Origin: Octopus sinensis
Lineage: Eukaryota
Length of the DNA stretch: 64,000 nucleotides
Direction of reading: 5' to 3'
Assembly (NCBI RefSeq): GCF_006345805.1
Contig: NC_042997.1
Location: 136,586,001 to 136,650,000 of the forward strand
Every line of letters begins with the position of its first letter. The stretch's first letter is position 1. The position numbers and the translations under genes were made by a program. This document shows positions 1-12,702 of this stretch, piece after piece. The notes beneath the pieces are model-generated. The model worked only from the letters and a program-made list of their open reading frames with translations. It was not told the DNA's origin and did not search any database.

Positions 1-46
<46 letters not shown>
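1..46. repeat. (ATA)n microsatellite; doubles as the (TTA)n 3' tail of the minus-strand Tx1-type LINE
   Basis: Direct reading; abuts the 3' UTR end TTTCTTTATTAACC at 47. Confidence 0.95.
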
Positions 47-47
<1 letters not shown>

Positions 48-2125
48 TTCTTTATTAACCACAAGGGTTTACATTAAGAAAAGCATTATGGACAGTACAG
101 GACGAAACAAAGAATGTATGTGTGTTAGTGTGTTGTAAACAAGACTAACAAAATAAAAGGAAAGAAATCAATAATAAGGAGACGTTCGAGGACTGCTAAT
201 GGAAAAACCCTTTAAAAACCATGGGTACCCTGACTTTTAGGGCAAGTTCCCTTTTTCCTTTCCTTTTTTCCAACTACAGGCGTATGCTCAGGGCAAGCCC
301 GTTCACTCGCACCATTCTCGCTGCTTTCATCCACATGTCAGCAAACTGGCAAGAAGACAACACTTCCCTCTCTACTCTTATTTTCCTTTTCGAAGTGAAA
401 CTTGAAGAAGTTCATCAGGGATTGGCCAAAGAGAAAATTGTTTGTCTTCAACCCCTTCAATCTCATTCACCATACAACCTCTTTCGCCATGGAGAAACCC
501 TCACAACAACACACACACACACTCACACACATGCATTCTTTGTTTTGTCCTGTACTGTCCATAATGAAAGGTCGGGCAGAGGTGACTAACGCGTGTATCG
601 CGTCCTTGTCTACTATCGCTTGACCGTTGCGCCTTGACCTGGCCACCGTCTGATTACGCTGGAGAGTATGCTCTTCCGCTTCTTGTGGAAGGGACGCGTC
701 ACGATGGTCAGGTGGCCTACCTGCTGTCAACACCTGCTGCGTGGTAGCTTGGGCTGAAGCTATGACATCTCCAGTGCTTCCTTGGCGGTGAACAGGTGTG
801 GTCGCCGTTCGCCAGACACGTATATCCGCAGCTAGTTTCTTTCATGGAGCTGCAGTCCTGGGTCAAACAAAAACCGAGGGGAGAATTCGGAAAGTGGAAT
901 GTCTTCAAGCGCTCACAGCCCTCAGCCAATCGGACACTGCGATAGGTGGAACGTCCACCATAGCTTTTTATAGAGGATTAGTGGAGGAAAAGTGCGACGA
1001 CGTTCTTGGGGAGACCTTGGGCGTCGTAGAAGATCAGCTAGCCGCTCTTTTCCGGAGAACTTTCAGCCCCTGGAACGATGGATAATTTCCAAAAATCTCT
1101 GGCTCGGCAGTGCTACCGGGGAGCTTTGTCTGTTCGAGATAAACTTTACGGGCACAGAAGTGTCGTTAGCCGAGCACGTCCGAGATGCGCGCAAGACGAC
1201 AAGACGGTCCTGCATGCACTTGTCCTATGCCCGAACATTGCTGTGAGTTTATATCGAACACCTGTTGTCGTCTGTGGCACAGATCCAACGTGGAAATCGC
1301 CCTGCTGCCTTCCTTTAACCGGGAAAGAAGGGCTGTGTTTATATGCCTGGTGACCATACTCGGCCCATTTCTGGGTGAGAGTAGTCATCCTGCTCGTTAC
1401 CTCGTCTCAGTTTTTGTCTGTCTGGAGGTCCGGACCAAACCAGACCTCGAGCAATTTAACCGGTCCGTCCAGCACCCAACGACGCAATTGGACGACATGT
1501 AATTGCTTCTCCAGCGGCCGAGATGCAAGCCCACTGATGTTTCCTGGTTAATCATCGCTTCTGAAACCGCCCCATAGTCCCTGAGAGCAATGCCGATCAT
1601 TTCTATGTGTTTATGATCTGACACCATACGGTAACGTCGTCAGCATGTGCCGACACGCATCTTCCACATCCTTGGTCACGTGGGATACTTCCTCTCAACA
1701 CCTCCAATTTGTGTAGTAGTAGCTCGAGAGTCAGTACATACAAGAGAGACGAGAGGGGACACTCTTACCAGACCGAGCGCATGATGTTGAACGGCTCTGA
1801 GAGGTGACTGCTCACTCTGACCTCTGAACAGATGTCGCTGTGCATATATGACCGAAACCAGCTGTCTTGAAGACCTCCACCAGGTATAGATGATCGACTC
1901 TATCGAAAGCTTTAGACTGATCTAAATTGATCAGGGTTCCACTCGTGCCAGGTTCTTTAGCCACTTTCTCAATGATGTATCGCATGGGGTGGAGGTTGTC
2001 GTGGATGGATCTTTCCGGGATGGCACATATATGTGCCTCCTTACCAGATCCACGGCGACAAGCGCCAACCTCGTAGCTAACACCTTGGCCAAAATTTTGA
2101 ACTCTGCATTCACCAACTTCAGAAA
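47..2125 (-). mobile_element. 5'-truncated, internally rearranged Tx1/L1-clade non-LTR retrotransposon (ORF2 RT, C-terminal zinc finger, 3' UTR)
   Basis: Minus 2125-1359 gives RT motifs NAEFKILAKVLA, LINLDQSKAFDRVDH and VSAHADDVT. Plus 567-1358 gives KGRAEV, LFRFLWKG and the finger RGALSVRDKL..RC..TVLHALVLCP. Minus 495-274 gives MAKEVVW..REVLSS..MVRVNG..RL-stop, then the UTR and tail. Confidence 0.88.
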
Positions 2126-2139
2126 AGGTGTACTGAGGG

Positions 2140-2810
2140 AAGGTGTCAGCAAAATGTAGAGTTTGGGGAATTTGGGATGAAACAATGGCACACATTGTTG
2201 CAGAATGTCCCAAGTTGGCTCAGGGAGAATATAAAAAATGGAGGTATGGCCAAGATGTGAAAGTTTTGCACTGGAAGCTCTGTCAGAAATGGGAGTACTT
2301 GATTGAAAGAGTGCTTGAGTCGGAGAAATGTAAGATTTTATGGGATTTTTTAATTCAAACGGATAAGAAAATGGAAAATGATAAATCAGATATAACAATA
2401 ATAGACAAGGAAAAGCAAAGTTGCTTACTAATTGATCTAGTATATCCATTTGATTCCATGACTGAAAAGAAAGAAAATGAAAATTTTAAAATATACAATC
2501 CCTTAAAATTTGAAATTGCAAGAATTTGGAATGTGAAAGCTTTAAAGGTTATACCAGTAATAATCGGTGCATTATGGACTGTGAGTGATAGTACAGACAC
2601 ATGGTTGAAAGTGATTGGAATAGAATGTCCCGTAGACTTTCTACAGCAAGTTTGCCTCATCGGAACAGGAAAGATTATCAGAAGGGTTTTAAGCACTTGA
2701 AAGAATATTTAAAGCTTGTGAATATCTAAGATTACACACAGTAAACCGCTACCCGCATAAATTCTACCGGAAATAAAACCAAACCTGAGTCAACTCGAAT
2801 AATAATAATC
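2140..2810 (+). mobile_element. 3' fragment of an R4/Dong-type LINE (CCHC knuckle + restriction-like endonuclease)
   Basis: ORF 2143-2700: CRV..ETMAHIVAEC, KILWDF.IQTD, D..IIDK..C.LID, IPVIIGAL; ends in (AAT)n. Confidence 0.9.
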
Positions 2811-3010
2811 CTTTCTAAAATAAGCACAAGGCTTGCTGTAGGAGGAAGGATAGGTAATCACATCGAGCTCAGTGCTCAAATGGTACTTATTTTATCGATC
2901 CCAAAAGGATGAAAATAAATGTCACACCTCATCGGTATTTGAACACAGAACGTAAATATGGATGAAATGCCGCTAAGTATTTTGTCCGACGCGTTAACGA
3001 TGTCTACCAT
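2805..3010 (-). mobile_element. tRNA-derived SINE family 2 (tail variant b), degenerate
   Basis: Shares GGTACTTATTTTATCGA..AAAGGATGAAA and GAA.TTGAAC.CAGAACG with other copies. Confidence 0.75.
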
Positions 3011-3029
3011 TGTTGTTGCTGCTGTTGTT

Positions 3030-5524
3030 GTTAGAGAGTGACCAAATTAAACATTCAGTAAGGGATAAAAGGAACGAAGTTGCAGCTACAGAGCTACAGA
3101 TACTACAGAGGAAATAATTATAGACCGACCCAGGTCTGATGAAAATGTAATAGTGATTGAAAGAGCTAATGTTACTGATAAGTAAAGTGAAATACTCTCT
3201 GAACTAACCATAAGCACTAAGGCGAATGAAAATCAAAAACATGAAGAAAGTCACACAGAACTACATGATCTAAAAAATCAAATTGTGACTGAATGCCTAA
3301 AAATTAAAGAAACCAGTATGAATGAGCGCGACACTCTCCTAAAAGCTCAAAATTCTAATCAAAACCTGAAAGCAATTAGCGAAATCCGCCTTGCATTTAA
3401 GGGAATAATTTCAGCTAATGATGTTGATATTACAGATATCAACCACCTGCGCTATGCATCCGCGAAAATCTCAAAGATTCTCTATAGTGAAAAGATTAGA
3501 AAACGACAATATTCCCACAAAAAGCCTACTTGACAAGAGTGTATTCATCATCAAATTCAGCTATTTAGGTCTGATATAGAATGTTTAAAAAGCTTTAAGT
3601 CTGACAAGACTATCAAACCAACAAAAGTCCGAAAATTAAAGGAAAAATATATGAAAACCATTCTTGGCATCAACACCGCCATAGAAACTATCAATCAAAA
3701 GCTAGGTGCTAAAGCTGCCCGCATAGTAAGGTATGAAAAGCGCGTTAGATTCTTCAAGGAAAACAACATGTTAAAAAATAACCCAAAAACTTTTTATAGG
3801 AAGATAGAGAAAATGCCAGTTACAGTAAAGTATGCCCCATCAAAAGAAGAAGTACAGGAATTTTGGCATAAAATTTGGGCAGAAGAAAAAACACAATGAA
3901 AAGGCCCCTTGGATTGATAGAATATCTACAGACTTAGAATCCTTAGAAGAGCAAAAGTGAGAGGTTGTCAAGGTAGAGGGTGTAAGATCTGCTCTCAGGA
4001 AGTCAAGCAAATGGAAGTCTCCAATAAAGGATAAAATTCTTAACTGCTGGTTGAATGCCTTCCCAGAGAGCCATGAACTGCTAACAAAACTTTACAACAT
4101 TGCTTTGCAACAACCTAGTATGATTAACTTGGCTAGTTAATGGTGTAACATTCCTACTTACAAAAAAAAAAGAAACAAATGACCAAAAAATTATAGACCC
4201 ATAACCTGCCTAACAACAATGTATAAAATACTAACATCTGTCTTGACTGAATATATCTATAGTTTTTTTAATAGAAATTGGCATATTCCCTAATGAGCAA
4301 AAAGGATGTAAACGTGGGTCCTGTGATTGTAAAGATCAGCTACTCATCAATAAAATTATCTTAGAAGATTGTCACAAACAACACAAAAAAACTTGTCGAT
4401 AGCCTGGATATACTATAAAAAAGCCTTTGACAGTCTACCACATAGTGGATTAAGACATGTCTGGAAATGTATAAAATAACACCTACTCTGCGAAACTTTT
4501 TGTCTGTAAGTATGAGATCATGGAGAACTACACTGACTTTGAACAGTGACAATGAATCTCTCAATGCTGGTGATGTAAGAATTTCATGTGGCATTTTCCA
4601 GGGTGATTCTCTGTCACCACTCCTCTTTTGTCTAGCCTTAATGCCTCTCTCGAAATTACTATAAAATGTTTCATAAAAATATAAATCATCTCATTAACAT
4701 CCAACGTTAATCTTGACCAGCAGAATGTCATAAAGGAGTTAGAACCAGCGGGGAGCTACAAATACCTAGGGGTATTTGAAGGGTACGGAATCAAAAATTC
4801 AGTGATGAGGTAAAGGGTCAGAAGAGAATGTTATTGCAGGGTAAGGGCAATACTCAAGACATCATTAACTGGTCAATTATTAAAATATGTAATCATAACA
4901 GAAAAATACGAAAATTGTTGACAATGCATAGAATGCACCATCCTAAGGCAGATATAGAACGACTTTACCTGCCAAGAAAAGAGGGTGGCTATGGACTTTT
5001 ACATGTAGAATTAATAATGAAGATTGCCGCAGTTGGCTTAGACACCTACCTGAAAAACTCTGATGACTGGTTGTTAAAACTTGTCTCAAAACATGAAAAC
5101 AAGAAAGCATCATATTCAGTAACAAAACAGGCAAAGGAATATCTGAGTGAATTCCAAATACAACAAATTAGACGTACTAGAAACAAGCACAGAAAACTAA
5201 GCGTACAAAAACATGTGCTAAAACTGCTGCTTTAGATATTCTTATTGATAAATAGCAAGAAAAACCTCTGGTAAATACCCAAAGAGAGATGTTGACAAAG
5301 CCCTTACCCATCAATGGTTAGTGTCTTCTGGATTAAAATCAGAAACAGAAGGGTTTATCATAGCAGCCCAAGATCAATGCCTACCTACAAAGAATTACCA
5401 AGCCAACATATTAAAGAACGGCAGTAGCCCAACATGTCGTGTATGTCAACAACAAAATGAAACCATTGATCATGTTGTCTCCATGTGCAGTCTTCTTGTG
5501 CCTACAGAATATCTCGACAGGCAT
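3030..5524 (+). mobile_element. Degenerate near-full-length R4/Dong-type LINE
   Basis: Frameshifted motifs YRPITCLTTMYKILT, EQKGC, CKDQLLI, YKKAFDS.PH, GIFQGDSLSPLLFCLAL, MHHPKADIERLYLPR.EGG and CRVC..NETIDHVVSMC. YxDD region deleted at ~4692; endonuclease domain missing. Confidence 0.9.
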
Positions 5525-5679
5525 GCTGTGGGAACCGGGGCAGTTTTCTCTATGAAGGCCTTTTTTAGTCTATCCACTGATATAGTATCTTTACGACCAT
5601 TGAGGTCTATAGTGAAAATTTTATCCGTGCGTGAAAGAAAACGGAAAGGACCTGCATACGGTGTTTTTTTTTTTTTTAT

Positions 5680-6137
<458 letters not shown>

Positions 6138-6669
6138 AACGGAGGTTTAACAACATCGTTGCGCACAAAAACGTGAGTCCAAGAAGTAAAGCTTCCTTCA
6201 AGGCAGAGTTAGAAATGCAATTGTCAAGTAGGTAAGAGGTTTTAAACAGGAGAGATATATTCAAAATTGGTAGAACTAAAAATTGTCGAGGATAAATTAA
6301 ATTTATTATTGTTACTGAACGGTTTTGCTGCCGAGTGAAATTAAATAATAGAGAAACGGAAACAAAAATTTGGAAACAGCAACGCCACCATAGCTTACGT
6401 GGAAACCATGAGGTTGCTTTCAAGGGAGATAATCAGAGAAAGACTTGAAAGAACGTAAGATCGTAATACTTCATGTAAAGTAAATATGAAAAATGAATTA
6501 GAATCCTTGTCCGGCACCGGATCGATCCCAAAATCTTATCAGTTCGTGCCAGTCACGAGGTCAAACATCCCTGAAAGTTTCATCCGAATCTATTCAGCGA
6601 TTCTTGAGATATCTTGTCCACGGAGAAACAAACAGGACTGAAAAACAATACCTCCGCTTCCACTAAGAT

Positions 6670-6878
6670 GGAGGTAATAATCCTTTCTATTTTAGGCACA
6701 AGGCCCGAAATTACATCGACCTCAGTGTTCCAATGGTACTTAATTTGTCGACCCCGAAAGGATCAAAGGCAAAGTCGACTTCGGTGGAATTCTTTGCCTC
6801 GGTGGAGTTGACCATAAAAAGTCCGGAGAAAGAGCGCAAGGTACTTTTTTCTGATGTTCTAACGTGTCTGCCAGCTCG
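6670..6878 (-). mobile_element. SINE family 2 (tail variant b)
   Basis: Matches other copies over GGTACTTAATTTGTCGACCCCGAAAGGA..AAAGTCGAC..CTGCCAGCTCGCC. Confidence 0.75.
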
Positions 6879-6917
6879 CCAACAATAGATCTTATCAATA
6901 AAACAGCAGCAGCGTTG

Positions 6918-6919
6918 AC

Positions 6920-6957
<38 letters not shown>

Positions 6958-7030
6958 CAGCAGCAGCTGTTGATGTTGTTGTTGTTGTTCTTCTTCTTCT
7001 TCTTCTTCTCCCTCTTCTCCTTGATGTTGC
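6918..7030. repeat. Compound triplet microsatellite (GTA)n(GCA)n(GTT)n(CTT)n
   Basis: Direct reading. Confidence 0.9.
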
Positions 7031-7139
7031 TCTTGTTCTTGTCTGTTTTTCTAACTGTTTTGGTATATTGAGGCTCTTGCTGTTGCCATCAAAATTCTTT
7101 TATTTCCATCATGAAAGAAAGTTTTTTTTGTAGAAAATA

Positions 7140-7460
7140 ATTTATATTATATTATATTATTTAATATTATATTATTTAATATTATATTATACTATATTAT
7201 ATTATATTATTTTATATTGTATTTTTTAATATTATATTATATTATATTATATTGTATTATATTATATTATATTAGGTTGTCCCAAAAGTTCGTAAACACT
7301 TGCGAAAATTGAATTTTTACTCGCCAAGTACTAACAAAAACAACAAAAATTATTCCTCAAAATAAAGACCATTATTTTCCAAGACTTTCTACGAACTTTT
7401 GGGACAACCTTATATTATATTATATTATATCATATCATATCATATTATATTATATACATT
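7140..7460. repeat. (ATTAT)n AT-rich tract interrupted by a MITE
   Basis: Direct reading. Confidence 0.85.
7274..7410. mobile_element. 137-bp mariner-type MITE
   Basis: Perfect 21-bp TIRs AGGTTGTCCCAAAAGTTCGTA / TACGAACTTTTGGGACAACCT in TA-rich flanks; the TTAGGTTG-like end is typical of mariner non-autonomous elements. Confidence 0.85.
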
Positions 7461-7626
7461 TTTAACAGTTAAATTCACTTGAGCGTAAATCTACTTTAAA
7501 ACTTTCCGGATGTTGAGGATGAACAAGCCAATAAACAAACGCCAGAAGAAAGCCGGATTTTACGTTTACACTGTTTCAATATACTTCTGTGTATATGCAA
7601 GTTGAGACATGAGAAAATGTAAGCAA

Positions 7627-7890
<264 letters not shown>

Positions 7891-8119
7891 GCAGGTAGAG
7901 GAGGTGGGAGAGGAGGTGATAGAGACAGACAGATAGACAGGCACTCAGGCAGGAAAGCAGGCAGGCAGATAAATTGACCAAGAAAGAGTGGTGAAGGAGA
8001 GACAGGTAGAGAGGGGGAGGAGGAGGAGATTTCCTCACGTGATAGTAATAATCCACAAGAAGAAAATACTAAAGATACATGATGACTTTTACATAACCAG
8101 ATGTAAATATTTTCATCCC

Positions 8120-8372
8120 GAAGACTGTGGCCATGCAGGGGCGTCGCCTTGAAGAAACTCGTATAAATCTACCCCAGTAGTTATTCAACCGATCTCTTTT
8201 GCCGAACTGCTAAGTTATGGGGATACACACACATAGATATATACATACACGACGGTCTTCTTACAGCTTGCACTCACAAGGCTTTGGTCGGCCCGAGATT
8301 ATAGTAGAAGACACTTGCTGAAGATGCCATGCAGCGGGACTGAACCCAGAACCATGTGGCTAGGAAGCAAGC
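8120..8372 (-). mobile_element. Degenerate SINE family 1
   Basis: CACTCACAAGGCTTTGGTCGGCCCGAG..AGAAGACACTTG..GGGACTGAACCC match. Confidence 0.8.
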
Positions 8373-8789
8373 TTCTTTGCCCCACATCCACTCAGTCAAT
8401 TTGGTGCTCCATCAAAGCGCCGAATGTTAAAACATCTCAAAGTCATAGACAGGCGAAACAACTCGCTCAAAATCTCATTCAGGAGCGATGGACATAGAAG
8501 TTTTGCCATATTTGTGGTTTATCAACATCATGTACCTGAAGCGAATTAGAGGCGAAATGAATCGTGAGTCCATGACTATATGCAAATAGTGTCAAAAACC
8601 ATTTGCTTGTAGGTCCCAAGTCATAAAAATTATAAAGCATCGATGTCCATAGCTTTTAAATGGGATCTGGGATAAGTTTTTTCTCCTGCCTATGACTTGG
8701 AGGTGTTTTAGCACCCAGTACTTTGAAGGAGTCATCTCTACTGTGCTAATTTGCAGCCTACCAGCGAACAAGCAAAGCACTTACATTTA

Positions 8790-9308
8790 ACCTGTTCAGT
8801 TCAATGAGGATCGATTAAATAAGTTCATCCACGAGGATCCGCATCAGTCCACTAGGGGATTAACCCAGCATAGGGGCCATCACCTATACTCGGCAGGCAA
8901 TCCAGCTGAAACGACCCAACCGGCGATATAGTGTGCGTCTTCAACACGACAACGCTAGTCCCTTGTTGCTAATTTTACCAAAAATTTTGCAACTAGTTCG
9001 GCTGGGGAGTTCTACCGCACCTACCATATTCTGTTGATATAGCACCTTGAGATTATCATCTTTTATGGTCGCTCTTCAACAGTCTGCGAGGCGTTTCGTT
9101 CAACAACAACGTGGAACTGAAAACTTGACCTAATGAATTCCTCTGATCAAGACCCGGTGATTTCTACCGTCAATGCATTGACAAATAAGTAGGACGTTGG
9201 CAAGAAGTCGTATAAGAGAATATATTGTTGACTGATTCGTTAAAGGCGTTAATAAAAATAAGGATTAAAATGGTTAAAAACGAACGAATTTATCTGACAA
9301 TCCAATAT
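8790..9308 (+). mobile_element. Internally deleted mariner transposon remnant
   Basis: Translates FNEDRL..IHEDPHQSTR, then (after a deletion) LQHDNA, LPHLPYS.DIAP.DYHL and GRWQEVV; TIR-like end TTATCTGACAATCCAATA. Confidence 0.82.
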
Positions 9309-9664
9309 TTCCATGACTCTGAAATATGTCTAGAGATCTTACTGTGTTCCCAACTACATGTCCTCATTCAATTTTTAATTCATTTGGATTCGAAGTTTTC
9401 TCCCTTACTATTTTTAACAAGAAATCATTACCACTAATGATTTACGGGTTTTAACCTTAATTAAAAAGTTGATTTTGGTTCACTACATTAAATATGTTAA
9501 ATCAAACTTAATTGCAAGTAGTTTGATAAGTAAAGTGAAGGCAAACTGAGAGAGTTGACTGTGAAATAGTATGAGCATGCGTAAGATATGAAAGAGCTCA
9601 TTCATACGTGAGTGTGCAACACGTTGCGTGTATGCAGTTACGAAGGCATGTGTATTTACATATT

Positions 9665-9667
<3 letters not shown>

Positions 9668-9738
<71 letters not shown>

Positions 9739-9750
9739 TGTGTGTGTGTA
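9668..9750. repeat. (GT)n microsatellite
   Basis: Direct reading. Confidence 0.95.
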
Positions 9751-10783
9751 TGACAAGGGTTAAATTTTATAATGTGAAAGTGTATTCGATATATTAAGGC
9801 TTAAATTCATGCTTGGGCGTGGTAATAAATTTATGTATGACATGGAATGAGAATATGGAATGGCTGTCAAAAGAAAATGTTATAGGCATAGTGTGTGGAA
9901 AAGAATATGCTCGAGAGAAAGGAAGAAATGAAAAAATTAATGGAGAAAGGAAGAAAAGAAACAAAGAAAAGATGAGGCACAAAAAAGGGTGAATGAAAGT
10001 ATGCGTTAAGAGAAAGAGGAAAACAGAATGCAGGGAAAAAAAGAATGAATATATGAATAAATGAAAGGGAAAGAAAAGAAAAAGAAAAGAAAACCAAACT
10101 AAAAACAAAGAAGGGGAAAATAGCATGAGTATGAAGAAAGGCAGGAAGGTGAAGAAATAGAGAGAAAATGGTGGAGAAAGGCAGAAAGAACTATAAGAAG
10201 AATGGAAGGAGAAATATGTATGCATATGTATGCCTACTAATCGCTTGGGCAGTTTTATTCAATTCTATGTAAAATATATGTATGGGGTTAGAGGTATGTG
10301 TACGTATGTATTATACTCATATTCTTATATATATATATGTGTGTGTGTGTGTGTCTATGTGATGTGCGTATACATGCATACAATCATACATAAATTTATG
10401 TATGTGTATCGACTACTGTATATACAGTATGGGACTACGTTTTCCGATTCGTCCTTTGCTAATTTAAGACAGAAGAATATGAACTGAAGAAATATTCACT
10501 GCTATTTCTACCAGGCTGAGCGATCGCTTAGAGCCTTCCTTCACAGGTTCGAAGTAAACTTGAACGTTGTTATGTAGTTGTCACAGAGCAACTTGATTGG
10601 GAAAAACCATAATGAAAGGCATTCCAATCGTGACAGTCCCGCCATTTCGTATATCAGGAATTCTATTTGATCAATATTATAACTTTTATTTGAGTCGATA
10701 GAGAGTGGTTTGGGAAAGATTTGGCTGCTATGTTGAGCAAGTCGAGTGAATATGTGTTAGATAAGGGAAAACAAACACGTCTT

Positions 10784-11256
10784 TTAATGAGCAGCACTGG
10801 CTCTCTCTCTCTCTCTCCTTCTCTCTCTCCCTCTATCTCCCTGTTTCTCCCTCTCTTTTTCTATATCTCTCCCTTCGTTTCTCTCTCTCTTTCTCTTTCT
10901 CTGTCTGTCTGTCTCTTTCTCTCTCTCTCTCTCTAGCAGAAGTTATTCAATAAATCGTCTTCTAATGAGCAGCACTGACTCTCTCTCTCTCTCTCGTTCT
11001 CTCTCTCCTTCTCTCTTTCTCCCTCTCTCTCTTTCTCTTTCTCCTTCTCTCTTCCTCTCTCTCCTTCTCTCTTTCTCTCTCTCCCTCTGTCTCCCCTCTT
11101 TCTCTCTTTCTCCCTCTCTCTCTTCCTCTTTCTCCCTCTCTCTTTCTCCCTCTCTCTCTTTCTCCCTCTCTCTCTTTCTATATCTCTCTCCTCGTTTCTC
11201 TCTCTCTCTCCCTCACTCTTTCTTTCTCTCTAGAAGAAATTATTCAATAAATCAAG
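10784..11256. repeat. Two-unit tandem duplication built around (CT)-rich tracts
   Basis: TAATGAGCAGCACTG.CTCT at ~10785 and ~10963; CTAG.AGAA.TTATTCAATAAATC at ~10932 and ~11229. Confidence 0.8.
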
Positions 11257-12352
11257 ACGTTATCTTGTACATTATTTTATATGCCTTTATTTGTCTTTGT
11301 TGTTTGAATACAGGCCACTGGCCACTCTGAGTTTTTTCTTTTTACCTCATTTTCGTTTCATTTATGCAAATTATCTAGGTTATAAATGTGTTCAACTCTT
11401 TTTCTGTATCTGGCTAAGTGTCTCGCCGCCGGAGATAAGGTAGAACAATTACTGAGCGGAAGACTGAAACGTGTCCACAACTCTACTCTTATCTCTAGAT
11501 AATCAGGTCTTTTCCTTAATGGCATGTCAATTCTGGAGAATTGCTAATTCTTAAGATTATCTCCCCTTCGTATTGGAGTTGGTACCAATTACCAACAAGC
11601 GATTGGGTCTACACATTCTGAAAGTGGAGATGATTTAAATAAACTAAGGTTGTTCTCTCTCTTTCTCTCTCTTTCTCTCTCACCCTCTCTCTGTTTGAGT
11701 TGTGTGCATGTGTGCACGCTGTATCTACTTTTTAGTGGACATCTACTGTACTTCGTTCAGTAGGACTGAGTATTCAGGTTCAGTTATATACACTTTTCTC
11801 TGATATAAAATAATAGACATGATACAGTGCATTAAAATCTGTTATGGCGTTACCAAAACAGTTGTACCGTAGTAGACATTATGGATAAATTATGTCATCA
11901 ATTTCATTCCACAATTAAGATTGTTTCAATAGTTCATTATGTACATTATTCTTTCAGCACATTTTCAATAATTTTACTTAGGAACAATCGTATTTAGCAC
12001 TTTTTTAGAAAACGCTCACTTCTTAATGTAAAGGTAAAAATAATAAACAACTCTCAAGACCATAGAGATTTCAAGAGTATAACAAAAATTATTTTCAAAG
12101 ATTTTTTTTCCTAAGACTATACTTTCAGCACTATATATGCGGACTTTACACCATTTCCAGAATCAAAGGCTTCAGAAAAAATATAATTTCAAAACAAATT
12201 ATGTATTTTGTAGTTCTCTGTTAACTCCCAACAAAGTTTACAAAATAACCGTATGATTTCCACAGGTACTGCTACTTATGCAATAAGTTTAAACATAAAC
12301 AATGTTAGTGGAGATGAAATACTGTTACAAAATAAAGTTTAATAAATAATGC

Positions 12353-12702
12353 GTAAGAGTGGCTGCGCGGTAAGTTGCTTGCTTACGAACCACATGGTGC
12401 CGACCAAAACCTTGTGAGTGGATTTGGTAGACGTAAACTGAAGGAAGCTCGTCGTACATATGCATATATATGTATGTGTGTGTATATGTTTGTGTGTCTG
12501 TATTTGCCCCCCTCCCAACATCGCTTGACAACCGATGCTGGTGTGTTTATGTCCCTGTAACTTAGCAGTTCGGCAAAAGAGACCGATAGAATAAGTACAA
12601 GACTTACAAAGAATAAGTCCTGGGGTCCATTTGCTCGACTAAAGGCGGTGCTCCAGCATGGCCACAGTCAAATGACTGAAACAAGTAAAAAGAGTAAAAA
12701 AA
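12353..12702 (+). mobile_element. SINE family 1, near full length
   Basis: GAGTGGCTGCGCGGTAAG head through GGCGGTGCTCCAGCATGGCC..TGACTGAAACAAGTAAAAAGAGTAAAA tail. Confidence 0.9.

Noticed and set aside
3130-3180. CTGATGA..GAAA as a hammerhead
   Set aside because: No stem II, stem III or cleavage-triplet geometry. Other CTGATGA hits I checked failed likewise.
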